Origin: an uncultured Acidobacteriota bacterium
Lineage (GTDB): Bacteria; Acidobacteriota; Thermoanaerobaculia; Multivoradales; UBA5704
Reading direction: 5' to 3'
Assembly (NCBI GenBank): GCA_963700145.1
Contig: OY969474.1
Coordinates: 320,001-384,000, forward strand
Length of the DNA stretch: 64,000 bases
Shown here piece by piece: positions 38,841-48,184 of the stretch. Position 1 is the stretch's first letter. Every line of letters begins with the position of its first letter. A program made the position numbers and the translations under genes. The notes beneath the pieces are model-generated. The model ran no database searches. It was not told the DNA's origin and saw only the letters and a program-made list of their open reading frames with translations.

Positions 38841-40195
38841 CGCCGCTCCTTCCAGCGCCAGGCGGCGTAGACGGCGAGCCCGGCGAGCAGGATCCCCAGC
38901 CCCTTGGCGCTCTCGGCCGGGTACTTGTAGACCGTGTTGGCGACGACCAGCGCCGAGACCGCGACGAAGGCGGCGGTCGTCCACGGGTGGCCGGGCGTGC
39001 GGAACCCGGGCGGCTCGGCGCCGCTCTCGCGGTCGCGCCGCCGCAGCACGAAGAGGCAGCTCGCCGCCAGGCCGAAGAAGATCCAGTCCACCGCCACGAC
39101 GTAGGAGAGGATCTGCTCGTAGCGCCCGGAAAGGGCGATCACCGTCGCCCAGATGCCTTGCAGCGCGATCGCCGCCACCGGCACGCGGGTCCGCGGGTGG
39201 ACGCGGGCCAGGGCGGGCAGGAAGAGGCCGTCGGCGGCCATCGCGTAGTAGACGCGCGGCGCGGTGAGCATGCTCTGCGCCAGAAAGCCGAAGGTCGAGA
39301 CCGCGATCCCGGCGGCGATGAGCCGCGCTCCCGGCGCGCCGAGCGCGGCGCGCATGACGTCGGAGGCCGGAGTCGTCGTGGCGGCGAGGCCGCCAGTGCC
39401 GAGGACGCGGATGCAGACGGCATTGACGGCGACGTAGAGGACGACGACGCCGGCGACGCCGAAGAGGAGGCCGCGCGGCAGGTTGCGGCGCGGCTCGCGC
39501 ACTTCGCCAGCGACGAAGGAAGCCGTCTGCCAGCCGCCGTAGGCGAAGAGTACCGGCACGAGCGCGGCGCCGAAGGCGGTCAGCAGGTCGAAGGAGGGCG
39601 GGCGGTCGAGGAGCCCGCCGGCGGCGCGCGCCGGCGCCGCCGCGCCGGCCAGGAAGAGCCCGCAGACGACGAGCGCGAGGATGGCCGCGATCTTGAGCAC
39701 CATGAGCGCGCTCTGCACGGCGCTGCCGGTGCGCACGCCGAGGCAGTTGACGGCGGTCAGCAGAGCCAGGGCGATCGCCGCCACCGCGCCGTCGGCGAGC
39801 GGCGCGCCGGTCAGCTCCAGCGCGTAGCGGGCGAAGGTCACCGCCACCGCCGCCATGCCGCCGCTCTGCGTCACCAGCAGCAGCCCCCAGCCGTAGAGGA
39901 AGGCGAGCGAGGGGTGGAAGGCCTCGCGGATGTAGGCGTACTGGCCGCCCACCGCCGGCCGCCGCGCCGCCAGCTCGGCGTAGATGAAGGCGCCGGCCAG
40001 GGCGATCACGCCGCCGGCCGCCCAGGCGCCGAGGATCAGGAACGGCGTATGGACCTGCCGCGCCACGACGTAGGGGTTCATGAAGATGCCGGAGCCGACG
40101 ATGCCGCCCATGACCAGCATGGTGGCGTCGAACGGCCCCAGGCGCCGGGCCAGCGCCGGCGCGGCGGCCGGTGCGGCGCGCGCCGTCCGGTCCAT
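38816..40195 (-). CDS. APC-family amino acid permease
   Basis: GGIVGSGIF, YAELAAR, GGQYAY, FAYGGWQ and EVREPRRNLPR. Confidence 0.92.
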   Translation of the reverse strand: MDRTARAAPAAAPALARRLGPFDATMLVMGGIVGSGIFMNPYVVARQVHTPFLILGAWAAGGVIALAGAFIYAELAARRPAVGGQYAYIREAFHPSLAFLYGWGLLLVTQSGGMAAVAVTFARYALELTGAPLADGAVAAIALALLTAVNCLGVRTGSAVQSALMVLKIAAILALVVCGLFLAGAAAPARAAGGLLDRPPSFDLLTAFGAALVPVLFAYGGWQTASFVAGEVREPRRNLPRGLLFGVAGVVVLYVAVNAVCIRVLGTGGLAATTTPASDVMRAALGAPGARLIAAGIAVSTFGFLAQSMLTAPRVYYAMAADGLFLPALARVHPRTRVPVAAIALQGIWATVIALSGRYEQILSYVVAVDWIFFGLAASCLFVLRRRDRESGAEPPGFRTPGHPWTTAAFVAVSALVVANTVYKYPAESAKGLGILLAGLAVYAAWRWKERRWAARPAS

Positions 40196-40200
40196 CGCGG

Positions 40201-40854
40201 CTACCGGGGCCGCCGGTGGCGGTCGAGCCAGTAGCCCCAGGCGACCAGGAGCCACATCGCCTGCCCCGCCCAGGGGATGACCGCGGGGCTGGGGGGCGGC
40301 GGGCCGAGGAGGTTGGCGGCGTAGACGACGAGGAGGAAGGCGACGAGCGCCCAGAGCGCCACCCGCCCGGTGCGGTCGCGCGCGGTCGTGGCGCGGGTGT
40401 AGAGGGCGACGCCGGCGAGGAGGAGGACGACCTCGACGGCGAGGGTGGCGGCCCGCGAGTCCCAGAGGCCGAGCCCGAGCCGCGTCTCGCTGCCGGGCAT
40501 CAACGGCATGTCGGGGCGGTGGGTGACGACGTCGAGCAGCCAGTGGCTGACGACGAGGAGCGCGATCCAGAGCGCCGCGGCGGCGCGCCCGCGCCGCACC
40601 AACCACCAGAGGCCGCCCAGGAGCGCGCCCCAGCCGGCGAGCATGAGCAGGCTGTGCGACCAGGGGTAGCTGACGAAGTCGAGCGGCGTGACGGCGGTGG
40701 CGCCGGGAGCGATCGCCACGACTTCGAGCCCGAGCAGGAGGAAGACCGGCCAGAGGAGGTCCGCGAGCTGCGCGGCGAGGAAGAGGGTGCCGAGAGAGAC
40801 CTCGGGCGCGACGCGCTTGGCGGCGAAGCCGACGGCGAAGTGGCCGAGGAACAC
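40201..40854 (-). CDS. Membrane-bound metal-dependent hydrolase-like protein (YdjM-like)
   Basis: FLGHF, DLLWP, PWSHSL and SHWLLDVVTHRPD. Confidence 0.8.
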   Translation of the reverse strand: MFLGHFAVGFAAKRVAPEVSLGTLFLAAQLADLLWPVFLLLGLEVVAIAPGATAVTPLDFVSYPWSHSLLMLAGWGALLGGLWWLVRRGRAAAALWIALLVVSHWLLDVVTHRPDMPLMPGSETRLGLGLWDSRAATLAVEVVLLLAGVALYTRATTARDRTGRVALWALVAFLLVVYAANLLGPPPPSPAVIPWAGQAMWLLVAWGYWLDRHRRPR

Positions 40855-40913
40855 GCGTGTGGTCTCGTGAGGAGAGCCGACGATAGCACCCGCGCAGCCG
40901 GGAGCGGGCCGGG

Positions 40914-42617
40914 CTACGGCACCTTGCGGAAGCGGAAGCCGTCGGCGCCGCCGCTGTCGAGGCGGAAGCCGGTGACGCGGCCGCCGGTGTCGCGCTCGAA
41001 CTGGAAGGTCAGGACGAACCACTCGGTCGGCAGGACGAAGCGGTCGGGCCCGGCGGCCAGCAGCTCGCCGGCCGGCTGGATCTTGGTGCGCAGGTGGAGC
41101 GCGCCACCCTCGACGACCAGCTCGTACGGGTTGTCCAGCTCGTCGTCGAGGTAGCGGCCGGCGAAGGCGGCGAGCTCGGCCGGGGCCGGGCCGCCGCCGA
41201 GCGGCTCGTAGCGCGCGGTCTCGCCCCCCTCCTCGAAGAGGCGGACGAGCTTGCCGCCGGCCGGGCGGTCCTCGAAGACGATCCGCCAGTCGAGCGCCGG
41301 GCGGACGGTCCAGAACTCCGCCGGACCGCTCGCCGCGAGCTCCAGCCGCGTGCCGGCGGCGTGCACGACGAGCCCGGACTCCTCGGCGCGCACGTTCCAG
41401 ACCGTGCCGGTGGCCGGGTTCTGGTAATCGCCGGCGAAGACGCGCAGCGCCGCGGGCGGGAGCCGCAGCGGCGTGCGTGCCGGCGTGGGCCCGGCGACGC
41501 GCAGCGGCGCGGGCCGCTCGCCCAGCACCAGGTCCGCCACCGTGCGCGAGAGGAGGCGCGAGTCGATCGTGCCGTTGCAGAGGCAGAAGACCGACAGGTG
41601 CTCGGCGGGGAAGCGGACGACGTCGGCGACGTAGCCGGGGCCGCGGCCGGCGTGCCACTGGATCGGCCGGCCGCGGTGCTCGTCGAGGAAGATGCCGAAG
41701 CCGTAGGTGCCCGGCGTGCCGTCGGCGGCCGCCACCGGCGTCACCGCTTGCGCGACCAGCTCCGGCCGGGCACGCCCGAGCCGGTTGGCGTAGAAGTTCT
41801 CGTCCCAGCGCAGCAGGTCGGCGAGGGTCGTCCAGACGCCGCCGCTGCCGGCGAGCGGCGGCACGTGCGCGCCGCGGAAGCCGGTGGCCAGGTCGCCGGT
41901 GTAGGGCGTCGCGCGCCCGGGGATCACGCGCTCGAAGCCCTCACTGAGCTCCGAGCGCGTCATCCCGAGCGGCGCGAAGAGGCGCTCGGCGGCGAGGTCG
42001 CGGATGGGCTTCCCCGCCGCGCGCTCGGCGATCACCCGCAGCAGCACGTAGTTGGTGTTGCTGTACTCGAAGCGCTCGCCCGGTGGGAACTGGAGCCCCT
42101 TCTGCCGCGCGACGAGCGCCAGCACGGGCGCCAGCTCGAGGTAATTCGGCGCGAAGCCGGCGAGGAAGCGCAGCGCCTGGTAGTCGCGCAGGCCGCTGGT
42201 GTGGTGGACGAGCTGCCGGATGCTGATCGGCCGCTCGTAGGCGGGCATCTCCGGCAGGTGCTTGCGGATGTCGTCGTCGAGCCCGAGCTTCCCCTCCTCG
42301 GCGAGGAGGGCCACGAGCATGGCGGTGAACTGCTTGGAGACCGAGCCTACGGGGAAGACCGTCTCCGGCGTGTTGCGTGCGCGGCGGTCGAGGCTCGCCA
42401 TGCCGTAGCCCCGCTGGTAGACGAGCGCCCCGTCCTTGGCGACGCCGAGGACGCACCCCGGCGTGTCCGGCCGGTCCCAGTCGGCGAAGAGGGCGTCGAT
42501 GCGGGCGGTCAGCTCGGGCGCGAGCGGCGCCGGCGCCGGCGGCGCGGCGGCGGCCGGAAGGGCGGCGAGCGCGCAGAGCGCGAACACAGCCGACACGACG
42601 AGGTGGCCTGCGGGCAT
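40914..42617 (-). CDS. Serine hydrolase, beta-lactamase/aminopeptidase-like with C-terminal beta domains
   Basis: GSVSKQF, HHTSGLRD, YSNTNY, HAG and a signal peptide. Confidence 0.9.
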   Translation of the reverse strand: MPAGHLVVSAVFALCALAALPAAAAPPAPAPLAPELTARIDALFADWDRPDTPGCVLGVAKDGALVYQRGYGMASLDRRARNTPETVFPVGSVSKQFTAMLVALLAEEGKLGLDDDIRKHLPEMPAYERPISIRQLVHHTSGLRDYQALRFLAGFAPNYLELAPVLALVARQKGLQFPPGERFEYSNTNYVLLRVIAERAAGKPIRDLAAERLFAPLGMTRSELSEGFERVIPGRATPYTGDLATGFRGAHVPPLAGSGGVWTTLADLLRWDENFYANRLGRARPELVAQAVTPVAAADGTPGTYGFGIFLDEHRGRPIQWHAGRGPGYVADVVRFPAEHLSVFCLCNGTIDSRLLSRTVADLVLGERPAPLRVAGPTPARTPLRLPPAALRVFAGDYQNPATGTVWNVRAEESGLVVHAAGTRLELAASGPAEFWTVRPALDWRIVFEDRPAGGKLVRLFEEGGETARYEPLGGGPAPAELAAFAGRYLDDELDNPYELVVEGGALHLRTKIQPAGELLAAGPDRFVLPTEWFVLTFQFERDTGGRVTGFRLDSGGADGFRFRKVP

Positions 42618-42697
42618 GGGATCCTCCTAAGGGCTGGAGGCTATACGGACAAGGAGAGGTCCGGGGCCCAACGAATGCCAACCGAGCAGCCCGAAGG

Positions 42698-43183
42698 TCA
42701 AGCCTCCTGTGAAGGAGTTTCCTCCGGAGGCTGTCGCAGCGAAGGCGGCGGGGCATGCTGGCTGAGAAGCAGCAGGAAGAGGCGGGTGACTCGGGAGATC
42801 GCACGTCCGGCTTCAGCGGAGGCCTGCTCCATCTCCCAGCGGAGAGCCGCTTCCCGATCCGACTCTGGCAGGTCGTCCTCCTCGGCCTCAGCTCGCGGGC
42901 TGGCCGCTCGTGCCCCGTCGAGGGGCAGAGGACCGAGCGCCGCGAGCGCCGAGTCGGAACGTAGGGTTGCGATGAAGTGTTGTGCGCGGTCGAGAGCCGA
43001 GAGCGGGTATCCCATGGCGTCGACGAGGCGCTGGAGAGTGTTCAGCTCCGGCAGCTTCTTGCCGCGCTCGTAGTCGGAGATCGCGCTGTTACGTACCCCC
43101 GCCGCCCGCGCGAGGTCGTCCTGGTTCCACCCGCGTACCACACGCAGGATGGTCAGGGCCAGGCTTAGCTCGGCGTGGGCCAT
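42698..43183 (-). CDS. XRE-family transcriptional regulator
   Basis: LRVVRGWNQDDLARAAGVRNSAISDYERGKKLP. Confidence 0.9.
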   Translation of the reverse strand: MAHAELSLALTILRVVRGWNQDDLARAAGVRNSAISDYERGKKLPELNTLQRLVDAMGYPLSALDRAQHFIATLRSDSALAALGPLPLDGARAASPRAEAEEDDLPESDREAALRWEMEQASAEAGRAISRVTRLFLLLLSQHAPPPSLRQPPEETPSQEA

Positions 43184-43236
43184 TCAAAACGATTCTAGCT
43201 CCGGTGTTGCCTGGTAGGGCCGTCAGGCAGCTGGTA

Positions 43237-43265
43237 TTGACACCTAGACTACATCGATGTATCTT
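43237..43265 (+). promoter_or_regulatory. Sigma70 promoter with palindromic operator, divergent from the XRE gene
   Basis: TTGACA-17 bp-TATCTT with a perfect palindrome TACATCGATGTA at 43250-43261. Confidence 0.7.
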
Positions 43266-43408
43266 CGAGTGAGCACAGATCGCTCAATTTGCACCAAGGA
43301 GGAGATTTTATGGCCAGCTCTGCATACCCCTTGCCCCAGCCCGAGTTCTTCTTGGTAAGCGATGGCATGAGTGGGTGCTACGATCGTTGTCTCTCAGAGC
43401 ACTCGGAG

Positions 43409-43702
43409 ATGGGTGAACGTTTCCTAGCAACGATGGGCCCGCAGGGCCGGCTCATCTTTCCCGAAGCGCTGCAGAAGCGGCTCGGCTGGCCTCCCGGCGA
43501 AACCGTGGTCATGACTCTCGAGGCGGATGGCACCGTGAGCCTGGTGGGGGGTTCCCGCGAGGCATCTCCGCCGCAGACGCCAGCCGAAGAGTGGAAGGAC
43601 GGGTTGCGCGCATCGGCGGGGATGTGGCGTGATCGGGAGGACCTGCCCGACCTCGAGCAGCTACGAAGCGAGTGGGATCGAGACGGCGACCACGAGAGCT
43701 GA
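43409..43702 (+). CDS. vapB: AbrB/MazE-type antitoxin (in-frame alternative start at 43310)
   Basis: MGPQGRLIFPEALQKRLGW.PGE swapped-hairpin pattern and a SAGMWRDR...LRSEW tail. Lies upstream of a PIN gene. Confidence 0.75.
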   Translation: MGERFLATMGPQGRLIFPEALQKRLGWPPGETVVMTLEADGTVSLVGGSREASPPQTPAEEWKDGLRASAGMWRDREDLPDLEQLRSEWDRDGDHES

Positions 43703-43709
43703 GGCGGTT

Positions 43710-44084
43710 ATGGACGCGCCGCTGCTTCTCGACACGAGTGTCCTCATCGAGCACCTGCGCAGCCGGCCGGGTGCTGCCGAATTCATCGACAGCTTGTCTT
43801 CCAAGCCGCTGATCTCCGTCGTGAGTGTGGCCGAGGTGTTCGCGGGCGCGAAAGCCGATGAGGAGGATCGCCGACGGCTCGATCACTTCCTCAGCAGCTT
43901 CGAGATCATCCCGCTTACCTCGGATGTCGCACGTACAGCAGGTCTCTTCCGCCGAGATCATGAGATTCGCTTGCCCGACGCGATCATCGCCGCGACAGCC
44001 GAGGCTCATGGCGCCGTCCTGATGACCTTCAACCTCCGTGATTTCGAGATGCTGGAGCGAGCGCAAGAGCCGTACTCGCGCTGA
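43710..44084 (+). CDS. vapC: VapC PIN-domain ribonuclease toxin
   Basis: LLDTSVLI, SVAEV, PDAIIAATA and TFNLRDF. Confidence 0.92.
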   Translation: MDAPLLLDTSVLIEHLRSRPGAAEFIDSLSSKPLISVVSVAEVFAGAKADEEDRRRLDHFLSSFEIIPLTSDVARTAGLFRRDHEIRLPDAIIAATAEAHGAVLMTFNLRDFEMLERAQEPYSR

Positions 44085-44167
44085 AAACAGGCGCGGCCCG
44101 GCGCCGCAAAGCCCCAGCTCGTCCAGCCGCCGAGCTCCGCCCGAACCCAGCGCGCTAGCATGCGTCC

Positions 44168-45058
44168 ATGCCCGCGCGCGCGCCGAAGCTCGACGACGAG
44201 GTCCGCGACCTCTATCAGGGCCCGCTCGGCGAGTTCACCGCCGGCCGCCAGGCGCTGGCCAAGCGGCTGCGCCAGGCCGGGGACGCGCGCGCCGCGGAGG
44301 TGGCGGGGTTGCCCAAGCCGCCGCTCTCGGCCTGGGCGGTGAACCGGCTCTTCGCGGGCGAGCCGAAGGGGGTGGCGGCGCTGGTCGGCGCGGGAGAGCG
44401 GGCGCGCGCCGCGCAGCGGAAGGTGGTGGCGAAGGGCGATCCGGCGGCGCTGCGGCAGGCGATCGAGGCGGCGCGGGCCGAGGTCGAGCGGCTGACCGCG
44501 CGCGGCGCTGCGATCCTGACCGAGGCCGACCGGACGCCCGGCGAGGCGATCGTCGAGCGCCTGCGCACCAACCTCGAAGCGCTCGCCTTCAACCCGGCGG
44601 CGGCGCCGGTCGCGGAGCGCGGCTGGCTCGACGAGGACCTCGAGCCGCCCGGCTTCGAGGTGCTGGCCGGGCTCCAGCTCGCGGCGGCCGGTGGGCGCCC
44701 GGCGCCGGCGGCGAAGGCGCCGCCTGCCGCGGCGAAGACGCCGCTTGCGAAGCCGGCGGGCAAGAAGGCCACCGTCCACGGCTTCGAGGAGGGCCGGCGC
44801 GCGGCGGTGGCGCGGCGGGAGCGGGCGGCGCAAGAGGAGACGGAGCGCCGCGAGCGGGCGCGCGAGGCGGTGGCGCGGCGGGAGCGGATCGACCAGGCGA
44901 AGACCGAGCTGCGGCGCGCCGAGACCGAGGTCGACGCCCGCCGCCGCGAGAGCGAGCGCGCCGACCGCGCCGCCGAGGAAGCCCGCGCCAAGCTCGAGCG
45001 CGCCCGCGAAGCCGCGGCGCGGGCGCGCGCGGCACTGGAAGAAGCCGAGCGCTCGTAG
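44168..45058 (+). CDS. Conserved hypothetical protein with long C-terminal coiled coil
   Basis: LYQGPLGEFTAGR...LPKPPLSAWAVNRL and GWLDEDLEPPGF, with good codon bias. Confidence 0.8.
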   Translation: MPARAPKLDDEVRDLYQGPLGEFTAGRQALAKRLRQAGDARAAEVAGLPKPPLSAWAVNRLFAGEPKGVAALVGAGERARAAQRKVVAKGDPAALRQAIEAARAEVERLTARGAAILTEADRTPGEAIVERLRTNLEALAFNPAAAPVAERGWLDEDLEPPGFEVLAGLQLAAAGGRPAPAAKAPPAAAKTPLAKPAGKKATVHGFEEGRRAAVARRERAAQEETERRERAREAVARRERIDQAKTELRRAETEVDARRRESERADRAAEEARAKLERAREAAARARAALEEAERS

Positions 45059-45150
45059 CCGGCGGCCGGCCGCTCAGGGGTCCGGGCAGCAGTGGCAGAG
45101 CGGCCGGCTGCGCGACACGGTCGCCGCGGGTCGGGACACTACTTGTGTAA

Positions 45151-45753
45151 GTGATCATTCCCGCCGCTCCCGAGATTCCACCGCCGCCTGACGAGGTCAC
45201 GCGGCTCCTGCGCGCCTGGGGCGATGGCGATCGCGGCGCGCTCGACCGGCTGATGCCGCGGGTCTACGACGAGCTCCGCCGCGTCGCCGGCCGTTACCTC
45301 CGCCACGAGCGGCCGGACCATACGCTCCAGCCCACAGCTCTGGTGCACGAGGCCTACCTGCGCCTGATCGGCGCCGAGCGCCCGCAGTGGCGCGACCGCA
45401 TCCATTTCTACGCCGTCGCGGCGCAGGTGATGCGCCGGATCCTGGTCGACCATGCCCGCGCCCACCAGGCCGACAAGCGTGGCGGGGGCGCGCGCCGGGT
45501 GCCGCTCGACGAGGGGATCGATGCGGGGGTCGAGCGGGCGGCCGATCTGGTTGCGCTCGACGATGCGCTCGCGGCGCTCGCGGCGATCGACGCGCGCAAG
45601 GCGCGGATCGTCGAGCTGCACCACTTCGCCGGCCTGACCGTCGCCGAGACTGCCGAGGTGCTCGACCTCTCGGTCTCGACGATCGTGCTGGAGGCCCGGC
45701 TCGCGCGCGCCTGGCTGGCCGCGGCGCTGCTGCGCGCGCCGGTGCGGAGCTGA
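45151..45753 (+). CDS. ECF sigma factor, TIGR02999 (kinase-associated) family
   Basis: EVTRLL.AW..GD, YDELRR.A, HTLQPTALVHEAYLRL, MRRILVDHAR and KRGGG. Start approximate. Confidence 0.93.
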   Translation: MIIPAAPEIPPPPDEVTRLLRAWGDGDRGALDRLMPRVYDELRRVAGRYLRHERPDHTLQPTALVHEAYLRLIGAERPQWRDRIHFYAVAAQVMRRILVDHARAHQADKRGGGARRVPLDEGIDAGVERAADLVALDDALAALAAIDARKARIVELHHFAGLTVAETAEVLDLSVSTIVLEARLARAWLAAALLRAPVRS

Positions 45754-45758
45754 CGGGC

Positions 45759-48164
45759 GTGCGCTCGCCCCTCGATGCCGACCTCTGGCCGCGCGCCGAG
45801 GCCGCGCTGCGGGCGGTGATCGCGGAGCCGGACGCCGACCGGCAGGCGGCGCTCGCCGCCGCCTGCGGCGACGACGCCGAGCTCCGGGCCGCGGTCGAAG
45901 AGCTGCTCGCCGCGGACGTCCAGGCGGAGCGGCTGATCGCCGAGACCGTCGCCGCCGGCGCCCGCCTGCTCGCCGACGGCGCCGCGCTCGGCCGTCAGAT
46001 CGGCCCGTATCGGCTGGAGGGGGAGCTCGGCCGCGGCGGCACGAGCACCGTCTATCTCGCGCGCCGCGACGGCAGGCCGCCGGTCGCGCTCAAGCTGCTC
46101 GACCGCAGCGGGCGCGAGGTGGTGGCGCGCTTCGAGGCGGAGCGGCGCGCGCTCGCCGCGCTCGACCACCCGGACATCGCCCGCCTGCTCGACGTCGGCG
46201 TCGCCGAGGACGGCCGGCCGTTCGTCGCCCTCGAGCGGGTCGAGGGGCTGCCCATCGACGCCTGGTGCGCCGCCCGCGGCCTCGATCTCGCGGCGCGGGT
46301 GCGCCTGTTCCGGCGCGTCTGCGCCGCCGTCCACGCCGCCCACCAGCGGCTGGTCGTCCATCGCGACCTCAAGCCGAGCAATGTCCTGGTGACCGCGGAC
46401 GGCGCGCCGAAGCTGCTCGACTTCGGCCTCGCCAAGCTGCTCGGCGCCGAGGTGGAGGCGACCGCCACCGCGTGGCGCGCCCTCACCCCCGCCTACGCGA
46501 GCCCGGAGCAGGTGCGCGGCGAGCCGGTGACCACGGCGACCGACGTCTACTCGCTGGGCGTGGTGCTGTTCGAGCTCGCGACCGGCCGCCGGCCCATCCG
46601 CGTCGAGGGGCTGACGCCGACCGAGGCGGAGCGCGTGATCGCCGAGGAGCCGCCGGATTTCTCCGTCGGCGGGAGCGGCAGCCGCACCGGCGCTCGCCTC
46701 CCGGCGGACCTCGAGAACATCCTGCGCAAGGCGCTGCGCAAGGAGCCGGGACGCCGCTACGGCTCGGTCGAGCAGCTCTCCGAGGACCTCGGGCGGTTCC
46801 TCGACGGCCGGCCGGTCATCGCCCGCCCGGACACCTGGGCCTACCGGACCGGCAAGTTCGTCCGCCGCCACGGTTGGGCGGTGGCGGCGGCGGCCGGGTT
46901 TCTCGCCTTGATCGTCGCCTTCGCCGTCGCGACCGCCGTCCAGGCGCGCCGCATCGAGCGCGAGCGCGACCGCGCGGAGCGCACCGCCGCGCTCCTGGTC
47001 GAGCTCTTCGAGGTCGCCGATCCGAGCGAGTCGCGCGGCGCCTCGGTCACCGCCCGCGAGATCCTCGACCGCGGCGCCGAGCGTCTGGCGCACGAGCTCG
47101 CCGACGAGCCCGAGCTGCGCGCCGACCTGCAGGAGACGATCGGCGGCGTCTACCAGAACCTCGGACTCCACCACAGTGCCGAGCCGCTGCTCGCGGCGTC
47201 GCTCGCGACGCGCCGCCAGATCTTCCGCGGCGACCACCTGGACGTGGCGAGCGGCCTGAACGGGCTCGCGGTCGCGCGCGCGCTGGCGGGCGACTTCGCC
47301 GCCGCCGAGCCGCTCTTCCGCGAGGCGCTGGCGATGCGCGAGCGGCTGTTGCCGGCCGACGATCCGCTGGTCGTCGCGAGCCTCAACAACCTGGCGCTCG
47401 TGCTCCACGACCGCGGCGACCTGGCGGCGGCCGAGGCGCTCTACCGCCGGGCTGTCGCGCTCGATCGCCGGAGCGCCGATCCCGACGGCGCCGCCACGCT
47501 GAACCTCGGCCTGCTGCTGGTCGACCGCGGCGAGTACCGTGCCGCCGAGGCCCTGATCCGTCCCCGGCTCGCGGCGACCCTCGAGCGCTACGGCGAGCGC
47601 CACCCGCAGACCGCCGCCGATCTCCGCATTCTCGGGCTCGCCGTCGAAGGGCAGGGACGCCGCCGCCAGGCGGAGGCGGTGTACCGGCGCGCGCTGGCGA
47701 TCGATCGCGCGCTCCAGCCCGGCGAGCACCTCGACCTGGCGCGCGACCTCCATCTGCTCGGCGCGCTGTACCTCGAGCGGGGCGACCTGGCGGGCGCCGC
47801 ACCGCTCCTCGCGCGCGCCGCGGCGATCCGCGGGCGCTTCCTCCGCGATCCCCATCCGGAGCTGGCGGCGACCTGGGAGCGCCAGGGACGGCTGGCGCTC
47901 GCCGCGGGCGACCTCGGCGGCGCGGAGGCCCGCCTCTCCCGGGCCCTCGCGGCGTTCCGCGGCACGCTGCCCGCCGGCCACCCGTCGATCGGCGAGGCGC
48001 TGGTGCCGCTCGCCGAGCTGCGCGTTCGCCAGGGGCGGTGCGCGGAGGCGCAGGCGCTCGCGGCGGAGGCGGTGGGCGCGCTCCGCGGCAAGCTGCTCGC
48101 GGCCGACCGCCGCTTCGCGCGGGCCGAAGCGGCGGTCGCGGCGGCAGCCGGGTGCCGCCCCTGA
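45759..48164 (+). CDS. Membrane Ser/Thr protein kinase with C-terminal TPR repeats
   Basis: GRGGTSTVY, VALK, HRDLKPSN, LLDFG, TPAYASPEQ, a TM helix and TPR_12-like repeats (SLNNLA). Confidence 0.93.
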   Translation: MRSPLDADLWPRAEAALRAVIAEPDADRQAALAAACGDDAELRAAVEELLAADVQAERLIAETVAAGARLLADGAALGRQIGPYRLEGELGRGGTSTVYLARRDGRPPVALKLLDRSGREVVARFEAERRALAALDHPDIARLLDVGVAEDGRPFVALERVEGLPIDAWCAARGLDLAARVRLFRRVCAAVHAAHQRLVVHRDLKPSNVLVTADGAPKLLDFGLAKLLGAEVEATATAWRALTPAYASPEQVRGEPVTTATDVYSLGVVLFELATGRRPIRVEGLTPTEAERVIAEEPPDFSVGGSGSRTGARLPADLENILRKALRKEPGRRYGSVEQLSEDLGRFLDGRPVIARPDTWAYRTGKFVRRHGWAVAAAAGFLALIVAFAVATAVQARRIERERDRAERTAALLVELFEVADPSESRGASVTAREILDRGAERLAHELADEPELRADLQETIGGVYQNLGLHHSAEPLLAASLATRRQIFRGDHLDVASGLNGLAVARALAGDFAAAEPLFREALAMRERLLPADDPLVVASLNNLALVLHDRGDLAAAEALYRRAVALDRRSADPDGAATLNLGLLLVDRGEYRAAEALIRPRLAATLERYGERHPQTAADLRILGLAVEGQGRRRQAEAVYRRALAIDRALQPGEHLDLARDLHLLGALYLERGDLAGAAPLLARAAAIRGRFLRDPHPELAATWERQGRLALAAGDLGGAEARLSRALAAFRGTLPAGHPSIGEALVPLAELRVRQGRCAEAQALAAEAVGALRGKLLAADRRFARAEAAVAAAAGCRP

Positions 48165-48184
48165 AGGCTGGTGAGCGCCGCGCC

